The notes beneath the pieces are model-generated. The model was given only the letters and a program-made list of their open reading frames with translations, was not told the origin of the DNA and did not search any database. Made by a program: the position numbers and the translations under genes. From Lama guanicoe (Eukaryota), in the NCBI GenBank assembly GCA_013239625.1, contig MU053881.1:4733957-4797956 (forward strand): a DNA stretch of 64,000 nt, given 5' to 3'. Shown here in pieces: positions 1 to 11,430 of the stretch (position 1 is its first letter; each line of letters begins with the position of its first letter).

Positions 1-3000
1 TCTTTTATACCTTCTTGAAAGATGATATAACACCCTAAGCAATGGAACAAGGAAACTGAAGGGTGAGGCAATCGGGATGATTTATTTCACTGCACATCAT
101 CCTTTTAGGCGGTTGTTCCCATCACTCATTTTCTTATTACTTTAATATTTTTTAGCACAATTGACAATAACTGATGAATAACGATGAAATAATTCCTCAA
201 GTGATAAAATGGAAACTATTTCAAGATCCAAGAAGAACAAGATCACTAAGATCCCATGAGGTCTTAGATTTATAAATGGTTCCAATGGTCCCAAATGGGA
301 CCTTCAAGATAGAATGAGTTTTGTTCGGTTTTTGTTTAAAAAGTAAGTTTCCTTTGATCTTTGGAAAATTTCCTTTAAAAAGAACCAAAGTCATGCTATG
401 TCAACCTTTACAAATAGTTAGAACTGCTCAAGAAAAAAAAAAAAAGTCAAAAACTAAAATTGGGTCCTATGGACCCTGATGGTAGGCTGATGGTTAAATC
501 ATATTCATAGATTTGGTCGTTTTGCGAAGATGTTCAAAATCTAACTCCCTGGAAAACTGCCCCCACAAAAGACTCTTCCTTTACCCACAGTTTCTGGACC
601 AAACCCCATCAGAGAGAGAGCTCCATATGATGCTCACCCCTGGGCTCCACCAGCACCACCCGCGGAGCACAGGCAGCCCCTGGCCTGGAACACTTTCTCC
701 TGGAGTTCGTCTCCACACACAGTGAGGAAGCAAAAACCAGGACCCGGCCGGAGGGAAACAGAGAAGGCATCTGGAATACTATTCAGGCTTCAGAGCTAGC
801 AACACTCAGACCACAATCAGACTCCCTGTGTTTACAGCTTTATCTTCCTCCCAGAAAATGGATTTATTGTTGAGGGAGATAGTGTTTCTATTTTCTCAGT
901 TTTTTTTTTAATTCTATTTAATCTTTTGTGTTTTCAGTCAATCCATGACTACAGTTTGACTATTAATCTAGGACATAGCGGAAATGTCCAATTCACAAAC
1001 ATCGTGTGTTACAAACCTTTCGGAATCGGTTGTTTTGGGAAATCAGAGTATTTTTCCCTCCAATAAACAATATCGTAAATGATGGCGAGGTTTCCAGACC
1101 AGCCCCACACAAGCCTTTTTAACTCATAACATTGCCGACACCCTGCACTTCTATGGTGAAAATCAGGAGAAAGCAATTTTGTTGCAGTGCCAATAAGCAA
1201 ACTCAGATACGGAAGACATGGTCTCCTTGCTCCTCAATTCTACTTAATGAACAACTAGTTTAATGAAAGAAGATAAGGGGAAAGACGGAGGCTTTCTAAG
1301 GAGAGATCTCTACTCAGAAGAATTTTGGAGGTTGGTAGCAGGAATTTATTGTAATTTTGCCTGTCCAGGGTCACTTGGATACCTTTTTACATTTTCCCTC
1401 ACAGAGGCACACAAAGGAGCCACGATGAAGGCAGATTTGGGGCTCATATAGGAAGACAGCAAAGAATGAGGGAGGAAAAGCACAAGGTTTGGAAGAGATG
1501 TCCTTGACGGTGCAAGTAAAGCATGTTGTTGCCAGAGGGAGATTGCCTAAATCAGTATTAACTGATTTGCTACGGAAATTGAGAAGAGGGAAGACCCAAT
1601 ACTAGTGCCCCAGGCCCTTGAGTCAGGGAGAGGTAAGAGTCCACTCTTCGGTCAGACAGTTTCCTCTCTGACCATAAGGTGGTGCCATCAGCCCAGACAG
1701 CCGGCCCCAAGGGGGCGGGGCTTGCAGTAGGAGGAGCTCCCCACGTGGAAGCCACGTTTTCCACACTGGCTCTGGAACTTACAAAAAGCCTGGACTAGAC
1801 AGCAAGTCTCAACCTACAGGCCACTGCCTCCTCACCCAACAACTTCCCATCCTCCGAGGCACCACCTGCTCACACCTGAGCAAGAACACGTCTCTGGGGA
1901 TGGTGGCAACCCACATCAAGATTCCAGCTGATTCCTTCCCATTCCTCTCATCCATATCCTCCTTCACAGTGTCAGCACTGGGGCCCGGACCTTCTCCCAA
2001 CTTCGAAAGGGGATCTAGCCTCAGAGCATCCTAGAGTTTCATCCTTAAACACCGTCAGGATGAGGAAATGAGACCTTCTCTGGTGAGCACAGATTTGCTA
2101 CAAAGGCCCCACCATGAGGCCCCAGATGCCCTTACCAGCTTTATCTTCCACTGGAATACCAAACGGGCCAACTCTTACTCCTGATACAAAACCCACCGTA
2201 ACCCCTCCATTCATTTACCCCTGCTGGAACTTACCTCCCTCCTGTTCCTTATCTCTACTTGTCAGCATCCTCTCCCCTCTCAAAGTCTAACCCAAATTCT
2301 CTCCTCCCCCAAACCTTCTCACTGTTTGGATTTAACTGGTGAACTGGAGTTGGAGAGGAAAACATGAGTTCTATGCATCAGCCACAGAAGCCACGGGTAT
2401 CACAAGGTGCCTCATCCTTTCCGCTGCCTGTAGGGTCTTAAAACAGAGAAGGAGGGCCCATCCAGCCAAGACTCCCTCTCTGCTGAGTTTCAGGGCAACA
2501 CCAACTGGGCCATTCTTACTTCTCTCAGTTCTCAATACCCATGTAGAGACACCAAAGCTACAAGAATGATGCGGGGCATGCTGTCTGTTCTCAATTCACA
2601 CCTGCTTTATAATAATAATCACTGTTACTATTATTATTACTGCCCCTTCCTCATCCCCTGCTCTCACCAGTCACAGTCTGCCAAACCGGGCCTGAGCTGT
2701 AGAGCTAGAAGAATAAGGCGAGATCACAACACAGTCACCAGTCTGAGCTCCCCTCCCTACTCCCAGCCCAGGCCTGCGGCCTAGACTGGTAATGCCAGCA
2801 AACTGCCTACTGATTCTGCAGAATTTGCTCAGCCCTGATGGGACTGACTAGAAGGCGCATTCTTCTCTGGATGTTGGGCCCTGGCCAAGTGGCCTGGAGA
2901 TAAAAAATCTTTAGGAACTAGTACCTGTCGAAGCCACACCTCCAATCTAGTGACTGCTTTTCTTTTGGTTCTAAAGGGGCACATGGCTCAAGAGGGAGCC

Positions 3001-3065
3001 ACGAATGTCTCTGAGGCTGGAGCCAACATTTCCAAGAAGGTGAACTTTTAAATTATGCAGGCCCT

Positions 3066-3184
3066 GGGGGTGAGGGTGTAGCTCAGTGGTAGAGCATATG
3101 CTTAGCATGCATGAGGTCCTGGGTTCAATCCTCAGTACCTCCATTAATTAATTAATTAATTTAATTAATTAATTAAAAACCATA
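3066..3184 (+). mobile_element. tRNA-derived SINE (Vic-1-like), short type, with (TTAA)n tail
   Basis: GGGG..GTAGCTCAGTGGTAGAG (A box)...GGGTTCAATCC (B box); TSD TTTAAATTATGCAG at 3047-3060 and 3185-3198. Confidence 0.85.
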
Positions 3185-4094
3185 TTTAAATTATGCAGAT
3201 CCTCTGAGGGAGCTCCAGGGCCTCATGGTGGCAAAAGGCTGAGCCCTAGCTCCGGGAAGCAGGAACCCAGAGTAGACTCAGTGTCTGCAGCCAGCAAAGG
3301 TAGGCTTGCTCCTGTCACCTGGACCTCTCCTATTTCTGTGGCTCAAAGAACCGAGAGATCAGATACCCTTTTTAATGCCGATTTTGCTCCTGTTCTCACC
3401 TACAAAAGAGGCTCTCCAAGAAAAGAAAGGCTACCCAGGAAATTCAGAGGCTTATGGAGTTTGTGGGAGGTTAGAATGCTACCGGGTTTTTGTTATGTTT
3501 TGTCTTTCAAGGATGTACAGGAGATGGTGTTTCATAAACTAATAAAGGAAGTTAATTATGCAAACAAAAGCAGGGTGGGAAACGGAAACCACCCATTTTA
3601 ATATACTTGCACCCCACCTCCTTCCACTAAAGATCTGAGGGTACAAGAGGTAATTGTTACCAGACTCACGGGCGTGAGTGCTCGGCTTCTTACCACCGTT
3701 GCAGATTCGGACCTTCAAAGAGACCATTTCCTGGGGCTCTGAAATCAGGTGGGGAGGGTGGACAGTGGCTCCCAGGCGCTGTAACCCTGGGGAGAGCCCA
3801 CTCGATGGCGCCTTCCCCAATCCCTCCTCTCATTCCTCCTACCTCAGAGCCGCTGGACGCGAGGGGCCGCCGCAGGCAGCAGCGCCCACCCTGGCCCCCA
3901 GCCTCGGCCTTCTAACGCCCGCGTGCAGCCGGGACCCTGGGAGGGGAGCTCTGGAGGCCGAGCGGCGGCCGGAGGATGACCCGGCGCGAGTGTCTCCGCA
4001 CCCCCTCCCCCAACCGTGTCACATGGCGGCCCCAACGAGGCGCGCAGAGCGCCCCGCCGCGGAGACCCGGGGCCGGGCCGCCGCGGACAGTGGG

Positions 4095-4103
4095 TGATGA
4101 AAC
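4095..4103 (+). promoter_or_regulatory. C/EBP-ATF composite (CARE/AARE) motif TGATGAAAC
   Basis: Identical to the ASNS NSRE-1 ATF4 element; STC2 is a known ATF4/UPR target. Confidence 0.55.
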
Positions 4104-4358
4104 CTTCCTGGCGCATTACCGCAGAGGGCGCGGGCCGGGAGCGGGGCGGGGGTGGGGGGTGGGAGCTGGTACCCGGGCTCACCTGTTCTCCAGGAGCAGG
4201 GTGGAGGCGGCGGGGGAGGGGCGAGGGCGCGTCAACCCGGGGTGAGTGGCGCGGCGCTCGCGTCCCCGCCCTCCCCCAGCCCCGCGAGCCCCCAGAGCAG
4301 CGCCGTCGGACTGACGATGCCCGGAGCAGTTCCTGTCCCCGGCCCCGGCGCCGGGGAG

Positions 4359-4377
4359 ACGTGAGCGTGCACACGTA
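4359..4377. promoter_or_regulatory. Cluster of three RCGTG hypoxia-response cores
   Basis: ACGTG 4359, GCGTG 4365, CACGTA 4372 (TACGTG on minus strand), followed by CACAC/CACAG; STC2 is a known HIF-1 target. Confidence 0.55.
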
Positions 4378-4756
4378 CACACACAGCGGGGGAAGAGGCG
4401 CTCCGAGCGGCGCCCAACTTTCTCCCTGCTTCTGCGAGCCGTGGGGGAAAGCAGCCGGGGGCAAGCCAGCCCCGGCCATGCTTGGGGAGGGAGCTCGAAT
4501 ACGAAAGGAGAATCGATGGAGAGAATTCCCTTGGGTTCTGTTTTTAGGGTTTGGGGGGAATTTTTTGACCAGTTCCATGCGATGAATGGAGAGTAAAGGG
4601 AGCCCAAAACGGGGCGTAGAGTAGCGATTTGGAAAAATGGAAGAGTATGTTTGGAGACGCGTAAAGTTGCCTTTCAAGCTCCAGCCTCTGGGGCACGCGA
4701 TGCTCCGCGGCGGGCTGACTCAGGGCTGTGTGGGCCTCCCTGACACCGCCTGGAAA

Positions 4757-4764
4757 TGATGCAA
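4757..4764 (+). promoter_or_regulatory. C/EBP-ATF composite motif TGATGCAA
   Basis: Match to the ATF4/CEBP core TGATGCAA. Confidence 0.5.
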
Positions 4765-5271
4765 GTCCAGTCTGTCACCTGGATCCCTGCAGCCCAGCCT
4801 GGAATCCGTCTAGATTGGGGGAGGGGCGAGAATCTGGCACCCAAGGTGTTGCAGGGCCCATCAAAGCGGGGCGAAGAGGAAGATGGGGCAGTCGCTCAGG
4901 CCAAGTCCTATATCTAATGCTTCTACTCCTATCTTAAATAGTTCGAGGGATTTTTTTTTTAAGCGCAAAGCGTCATAACGCCAGGGATTCCCATATGTGC
5001 CCAGCATGCCCCGACTATCACTGTGTCCAGGAAACTTCTCCAATCTGTCAAGGCCTTGGGGCTGAGGATCTCAATTGAATTCCAAAAGGCAGAAAGAGGA
5101 AACTTTCCCAGCCCGATGCGGGTGTGATGCGAGCCAGGAGCTTGGGGGGGGTTGGGGGGACGCTGTCCCAGCGCAGACCGTCCCCTCTCGCCCTTCTTTA
5201 GCTGCAACCGGAGCTGGGATTCGCTGTTAACTTTTTTAAGTCCGTTCGGCCATTGCCCTGGAGCACCCGCA

Positions 5272-5329
5272 CACGCGCACGCATCTCCGGCCGCGCTCTC
5301 ACACACTCACACACGCACGCAAACGCGTG
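5272..5329. promoter_or_regulatory. Cluster of GCGTG (XRE/AhR-ARNT core) motifs
   Basis: CACGC at 5272, 5278, 5312 and 5316 (CACGCAA = TTGCGTG full XRE), GCGTG at 5325. Confidence 0.5.
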
Positions 5330-5431
5330 GCCGCCGCCAGGTCGGCAACTTTGTCGGGCGCTCCCAGCGGCGCTCGGCTTCCTCCTGTAGTAGTTGGGCG
5401 CAGGCCCCGCCTCCCGGCCGTGTTGTCAAAC

Positions 5432-5451
5432 GGGCGGGGGTCTCGGATTGG
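5432..5451. promoter_or_regulatory. GC box (GGGCGGGG) next to inverted CCAAT box (ATTGG): proximal promoter
   Basis: GGGCGGGG 5432-5439 and ATTGG 5447-5451, ~310 nt upstream of the ATG. Confidence 0.55.
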
Positions 5452-5758
5452 TCCAGCCGCCGGGACAACACCTGCTCGACTCCTTCATTCAAGTGACACC
5501 AGAGCTTCCAGGGATATTTGAGGCACCATCCCTGCCACTGCTGGGCACTCGCGGCGCTGCTAACGGCCTGGTCACATGCTCTCCGGAGAGCTACGGGAGG
5601 GCGCTGGGTAACCTCTATCCGAGCCGCGGCCGCGAGGAGGGAAAAGGCAAGCGAGGAGGAAGAGTGGGAGGAGGAGAGGAAGCGGCGAAGAAGGAGGAAG
5701 AGGAGGAAGGGAGCACAAAGAATCCAGGTCTCCGGGCGGGAGGTTTACACCAAGAACC

Positions 5759-5909
5759 ATGTGTGTCGAGCGGCTGGGGCAGTTCGTGACCCTGGCTTTG
5801 GTGTTGGCCACCTTCGACCTGGCGCGAGGGACCGACGCTACCAACCCGCCCGAAGGTCCCCAAGACAGGGGCTCTCAGCAGAAAGGCCGTCTGTCCTTGC
5901 AGAACACAG
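5759..5909 (+). CDS. STC2: Stanniocalcin-2, coding exon 1 (signal peptide, aa 1-50 plus 1 nt)
   Basis: ATG in ACCATGT context at 5759; encodes MCVERLGQFVTLALVLATFDLARGTDATNPPEGPQDRGSQQKGRLSLQNT, the recognisable STC2 N-terminus; donor G|GTGAGT at 5910. Confidence 0.98.
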
Positions 5910-7964
5910 GTGAGTGCGTGCGCCCTCGCGGCGGGGAGCTGCTGGGAGAAGACGCCGGGCACTCACGCAGCACGCCCCGAGCTCTTCGCCCGGAACTGGG
6001 CGCCCACCCTGGGCCGCGCAAACTCTTGGGGTGGCGCGGGACGTGCAAAGGAAAGCGCCAGGCGAAGCGAGTCCGCGCCGGGCTCCGCGCGCCGGGAATC
6101 CGCACGTGCTGGCGGGGTGATGAAATGGCTGGGGCAGGACTTGTTGCTGTCCTCCCCGGGGTCGAGGGTAAATGAAGCAGCGCCTGACGCTGCCAGGGCT
6201 GGCTCCAGAGTCCCCGGTCCGGTTCAAAGCTCCCTGCTGCATCCCAACTGGCTTGCGGGGGAGGGGCACAGACGGTCCCCGGAGCCGGGCTGCTCCTTGA
6301 ATCCGGAGAACTTCTCTTCCCAGCCGGCGGGCCGCAGCAGGACCGCTTATCCCCCTCCTCAAAAGATGCCCGACATCCGAGAACTTTGTAGCCGAGACAA
6401 ATTGCATTGCGAACTTTCCCCTCCAGGGGCATTCCTTTACGAAGGAGGGACGGATGGCGCAAAGCCTACCTCTGCGGTGTTGCCGCCGTCTCCCGCTCCA
6501 GGGCAGGTCAGCAAGCGAAGAAATGGTGACACGGCTCGAACCGTGCCCCGCTGCCGCTCGACTGGCTCTCCGCTCACCCACAAACTGCCGAGCACAGCCA
6601 AGCGTGCAAGGCACGGGGCTGGCCCTTTTCCCAGCTCCCGGGAAAGGAAGAAAATCTGCCTACAGCTCCTTCGCTCTTCGCGGCCCTCCCTTTATTTAGG
6701 GGGCCTGCGAAGCCGGCGGCGGCGTGCGTGCGCTCACCGCACGAGCAGGAATGCATGCGTGTCCATTAGGGACGCCCGGAGCGACTGGACCGCGGCCCTG
6801 CGCGCTTCTGGCCGGCGCGCCGGGGCCGCGCGTGGGATCATCCGGGAGTCCCCCACCTCCGCAGGCGGGTGCCGGCACCCCGGGCCCGCGCCCCGCTCAT
6901 CCTAGGACCCTCACCCACCCTCCCCGCCTCCCAGCTTTCCCTGAGAATTGAACGTGATTCTCGGGAGTTGGTGACCCTCAACGAAATACACGCCCCTCAT
7001 TCTCTCGGTAGATTTAATCTGAATGCGGATTATCTCCTCCGACCCCGCCCTTCTTCCAAAATATACTTTTCTGATGTAATTTTGTGGTTGGTTTAAATCA
7101 GGGAATTGAGTAGGGGGAGGGAAGGCAGAGAGGCTTTGCACGCGGCAGCCTGACAGTTAACTCCCTCTCAGCCTGTCCTTTCAGAGAGACGAATTAGGGC
7201 CACATTCTGCGAAGGAGGGCAGCAGACTCCCGGGTCGCGGGAATTCTAGGGGATTAAGTGACATCTCACACCGGATCTCTGTTTAAAAGGAGCCTCTTAA
7301 CTGCGAAGGTTGCGTTTCTAGCCCCCATCTGACTCGATTCCTGAGCCTGCTTGCAAGCCGCAGCTTCCCTAGCCTGGTATTTTTAATGCGGATGGATTGG
7401 AGGCGCTGCCTTAATAGGAATTTTGTTTTGATTTTAGGTGTTGAATCATAAAGCTGAACTGAAACTGCTTTTTGGACCCTCTCATTTGGGAGTCAGGAAG
7501 GAAATGGCCGTGACTTAGCAGCAGGCTTCATCCAAGTAGAGAAGGGTGTTTCATTGATAAACTGCAAAGCCAGAGAGCTCGCTCATCGGTTGAGATCTCA
7601 TTTTTGTCTGTGGGTGTACGAGGCTGAAAGGGCTTATGCTCTGCAACCAAGTGTTCCCACAAATGCTTCAATAAGATGGGAAGGATGAAAAACGGAGTGC
7701 TCCAACTTAACTTCTGATTGTGACTTTTGTAATTGTAGGTTTGTCTAATTTTTTACAAGTATTTCCAAATACTGGTATTTTCATAAGTAGATAAGTGACG
7801 AAATTTTCTTTCCTCGGTTTTTGTAGATCCTGAAACAGTCATTTCTAACTTTTTTCCCTTAAATTTTCTCTCAGTCGTTACTTTTATTTCAACCCGCCTC
7901 TTTGTATTTATTCCCCAGCATGGCTGAGAATTTTGTACCTAATTGTATGTGATTCTCATTTTAG

Positions 7965-8107
7965 CGGAAATCCAGCACTGTCTGGTCAACGCTGGCGATG
8001 TGGGGTGTGGCGTGTTTGAATGTTTCGAGAACAACTCTTGTGAGATTCGGGGCTTACATGGGATTTGCATGACTTTTCTGCACAACGCTGGAAAATTTGA
8101 TGCCCAG
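7965..8107 (+). CDS. STC2: Stanniocalcin-2, coding exon 2 (aa 51-98)
   Basis: Acceptor ...cattttAG at 7963-7964; encodes (A)EIQHCLVNAGDVGCGVFECFENNSCEIRGLHGICMTFLHNAGKFDAQ including N73 sequon NNS; donor CAG|GTAAAA at 8108; 143 nt restores phase 0. Confidence 0.98.
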
Positions 8108-10617
8108 GTAAAAACCATATTGAGCATGAGGAATACTTGGGGTTAGTGTTGCATGATTGAAATGGTCATTGGAGAGGCTGGTTAACAGATTTTCTTAGCT
8201 GATCTTCAGGGTGTTATTTAGCACTTGCAAGAGACATACTATGTGTACGGCAAGATGCCAGTGTCTCCCCCACTCCACTTCTGGGGTTCAGCTTTCTGGA
8301 GCTATCATGTAGGCTAAATCCTTCTCCACTCTGCATCTACTCTGCGTCTACATGGGTGGAGTGGAATGGAGACCAAGTTGAGTAATTATCTGAGGATTCT
8401 TAGCAGAGAAGACAAAAGTCACAATAAATAATAAACATCTTCTAAGGGACACACTATGCCTGGCTACCCCAACCCGAGTCTACAAAGCCCATCACTTTAG
8501 GAACGATAGGTCGAGGGGGGGAAGGGCAGAGACTCCAATTATATATGCCAAAAGCTATTTTCACCTGATAGGCAAGAATAAAAGAGACACAAAATTTGTA
8601 GAAATCCATCATCTCCTACGGGCGTGTGGGCAGGCAAGATGGGTAATTCAGGGCCTCCAGGGTAGCAGACTTTTCTTCCTCCTGAATACCAGATCCCTTC
8701 TCCCAACTGGAAAAGTCCAAACCCTGAGTGAGTCCTGCTCTGGATAATAAACACAGTCAGGGCCTGACCCACTTTGGTTGTCCCAGGGTCCCCAAGGTAA
8801 AGCCCGGTTCCTGCGTGGGCAGGAAGAGAACCCAACAAGCAACCGTAGGGCTCCAGTGCCAACAATCCAAACCCACTTCAAATGGTGTGGGGCGTTGGGC
8901 TCACCTCCTTCACATCCTCCCCAGCCCGTATGTGCACTAGGGCGTGCCCTGTTGTTGTCAGAAACTTCCTCTCCCATTTCATTGTAGAGCCATGACAGTA
9001 TCTAGACGAAGCCAACAGTTTAGGTGTGATTTATCAATGTCACCAGTGACATCTACTGACATCCTGGAGGGAGCCTGACAAAGCAGTGCCTGGGAACCAG
9101 AAAGGGATATGGTGGGGCTGGCAGCCTCCCCTACAGAGGATGTCGGGTGGCAGGAGGGGAAACAGAAGCCGGGGAAGGAAAGAGGTGTAGAACGTTTGAA
9201 CTCCTTGAGGCTCCCTAAGAAAGCATCCCTTCTGGATGAACTGGAATTGGGAAACGTAATAGGAAATCCGGAGGAAAGATGTGTATTTCAGGACAATCCC
9301 ACAGGATGTCAGGGAAGAAAACCAAGCGCAGATTGGCTGCAGCCCTCGCATGAATTCATCTTCCTTCTTACCTCAACCAACAGAAGTATGTTTGCAAGTT
9401 AGAAGCATCGCTTTCAAATCAGTTCTCAGCCCAGAAGCGCTTAATAAACTGGCACACCCTGCCCCCCATCCCATTTGGCTCCCACCGGAGAGTCAGGGGA
9501 AAGGGGACCACGGGGGAGGTGGTCTCTCAGTGATCAGACACTATCCGTGGACACTGCAACTGCCTCTAAAGGAGAGAACTGAAATAAATGTGCTGGCTGG
9601 CTTCCCACTTCCAACCTAAACCCGTGTTACTTTCTCAACTCCGTTACTTCCGGGCCAGTCTGAAAACGGAGGGGTGACCTCTCCAACGACAGCCTGTTTC
9701 TGTAGAAAGGGGGTGCAGGGATCCCTGGGTAGGTCCCCCACAATGCCTCTCTGCCCGGAGAGGTTGATAAGGGAGCTAACGGCCCAAGCTCGCCTCCACA
9801 CCCCCAACAGCTGTCTCCTTTCTAGGATAAGAACAATCTAATGGGGTTGCCAGGAAAGAGAACTGTAGGCCAGATGTATGCCTGGCTGCCTGAGCCACTC
9901 AGAGGCAGGGAGCGTGGGGGAGGGGCTGTCAGTTGGGCAGTTCAGGCTCCAGATGCTGCCAGGCAGTGTGCCAGGCGGGCCTTTTAGAGGCAGTAATCCT
10001 AACAGTTTAAAGGAGTCGAATTGCTTTCAAAAAGGAAAAGAATGCTCCTCCTTAAAGGCTAGGAGGAGAGGAGAGTCTGGGTTGGGGGCGGCGGGAGGCA
10101 CTGAGGCAGAAAGGGGAGGCACGGCCAGCCCCCGGGCCTGACGGCACGCGGGGACTAGAAGGAACAAGGAAAGGTGTGAGATGTGGACAAGCAGTCACCT
10201 TCTACTTGGGAGAAACTCTTGCTGGGAGTCACCAATGAGTTCTGGATTTATGCCTGGCCAAATTGCCCTTTGTGTCCCAGAAACATTGCCACCAAACCAC
10301 AGCTGGGCTGCCTTGAGGACAGAGGGCCATGGGAGCCCCAGGACCAGGGAGACTCAGAGCAGCTCGGGAGGAAGGGGGCAGATTCTTTAGTCTCCTGAGT
10401 AACATCCTTTTTGACCGAATGGGGAGGTATCACGTCACTCTGGACAGACCTCCTGATGTAGCCTCAGCCTGTCACCTGCACAGATGTCAGTGCGCGGCGG
10501 GGCCTTGGGGTTTGGTTGTCAGAAAAATCCCATGTAAGCCCAACAAGGGTAAGAATGTCGAAGCATGTAACAAGGACTGGTCTCTTCTGCACCTCTCTCC
10601 CTCCCCTGTGCTCTCAG

Positions 10618-10829
10618 GGCAAGTCATTCATCAAAGATGCCTTGAAGTGTAAGGCTCACGCTCTGCGGCACAGATTCAGCTGCATAAGCCGGAAATGTCC
10701 AGCCATCAAGGAGATGGTGTTCCAGCTACAGCGGGAGTGCTACCTCAAACACGACCTGTGCTCTGCCGCCCAGGAGAACACGCAGGTGATGGTGGAGATG
10801 ATTCACTTCAAGGACTTACTGCTGCACGA
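10618..10829 (+). CDS. STC2: Stanniocalcin-2, coding exon 3 (aa 99-169)
   Basis: Polypyrimidine tract and CAG at 10615-10617; encodes GKSFIKDALKCKAHALRHRFSCISRKCPAIKEMVFQLQRECYLKHDLCSAAQENTQVMVEMIHFKDLLLH(E); donor GA|GTGAGT at 10830; 212 nt. Confidence 0.98.
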
Positions 10830-11204
10830 GTGAGTGCTGCCCCGCAGGGAGGGGGTGGATGAGGGGGAGCGGGGTGATGGTGCAGCTTGGATAGAGGAAG
10901 GGGGCTGCCTGCTGGGGCTGGAGGAAAGTCTTCCTCGGTTTGAGCGGCTGCTTTTCAGCAACTGAACTCTCCAGTCAAATGGGGAAAGCTGCACTGACTC
11001 CCCTGGGAGTCCCTTTCCTGCTGGCCTTCAGGAAAAGCAAAAGAAATTTCCGAAATCGGTTTCAAAATCATAAGCAATAGCAACAGGAAATCTTTTCACT
11101 GAGCACGGTATGTGTAGGATCTTTCCCTGGGCCAAGATCCCAACAGTTCTCTGAGTGTTCCAAGGAGCCATGTAGGTGCCCCTGCAGATGCCCGAGAGCT
11201 AATA

Positions 11205-11430
11205 ATGTACATTGCGTGTGTACTCAGTGCCAGGGGTTGTACTAATGGTTTCCTAGGAATATTTCACTTGATCCCAACAACAGCGTTGTGAGCTAGGTAC
11301 CAATCTCATCTCCATTTTACAGATGAGAAAACTGAGGTTCAGTGTGGTAAAGGTCACAAAGACATTGAAAGGCAAAGGCCCAGACGAGGTGTCAGGCAGT
11401 CTAGCTCCAGAACCCACACTCTTAAATGCC
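11205..11430. mobile_element. MIR in STC2 intron 3 (representative; further MIR-like fragments near 12.2, 19.5, 25.9, 30.3, 31.7, 35.3, 39.2, 41.7, 42.5, 44.2, 45.6, 46.6, 57.6, 58.7 and 62.7 kb)
   Basis: Core CCATTTTACAGATGAGAAAACTGAGG. Confidence 0.75.

Larger units (their letters stand above)
3800..7250. promoter_or_regulatory. CpG island spanning the STC2 promoter, exon 1 and 5' part of intron 1
   Basis: Very GC- and CpG-dense (many CGCG/GCGGCG) compared with CpG-poor flanks; boundaries estimated by eye. Confidence 0.9.

Noticed and set aside
3844..4677. 277-aa minus-strand ORF and other promoter ORFs
   Set aside because: Low-complexity GC-driven frames with no recognisable homology
5447..5457. 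ERSE-II-like ATTGG-T-CCAGC
   Set aside because: Two mismatches to ATTGG-N-CCACG; better explained as a plain CCAAT box
5759..6175. 138-aa ORF starting at the STC2 ATG
   Set aside because: Exon 1 reading through the consensus donor into intron 1; only the first 50 aa are STC2
5910..6905. 331-aa ORF in intron 1, plus overlapping 258-aa and 195-aa antisense ORFs
   Set aside because: Ala/Arg/Pro/Gly-rich frames typical of stop-poor CpG islands; no recognisable domain; the 331-aa frame opens at a GTG that is the splice donor
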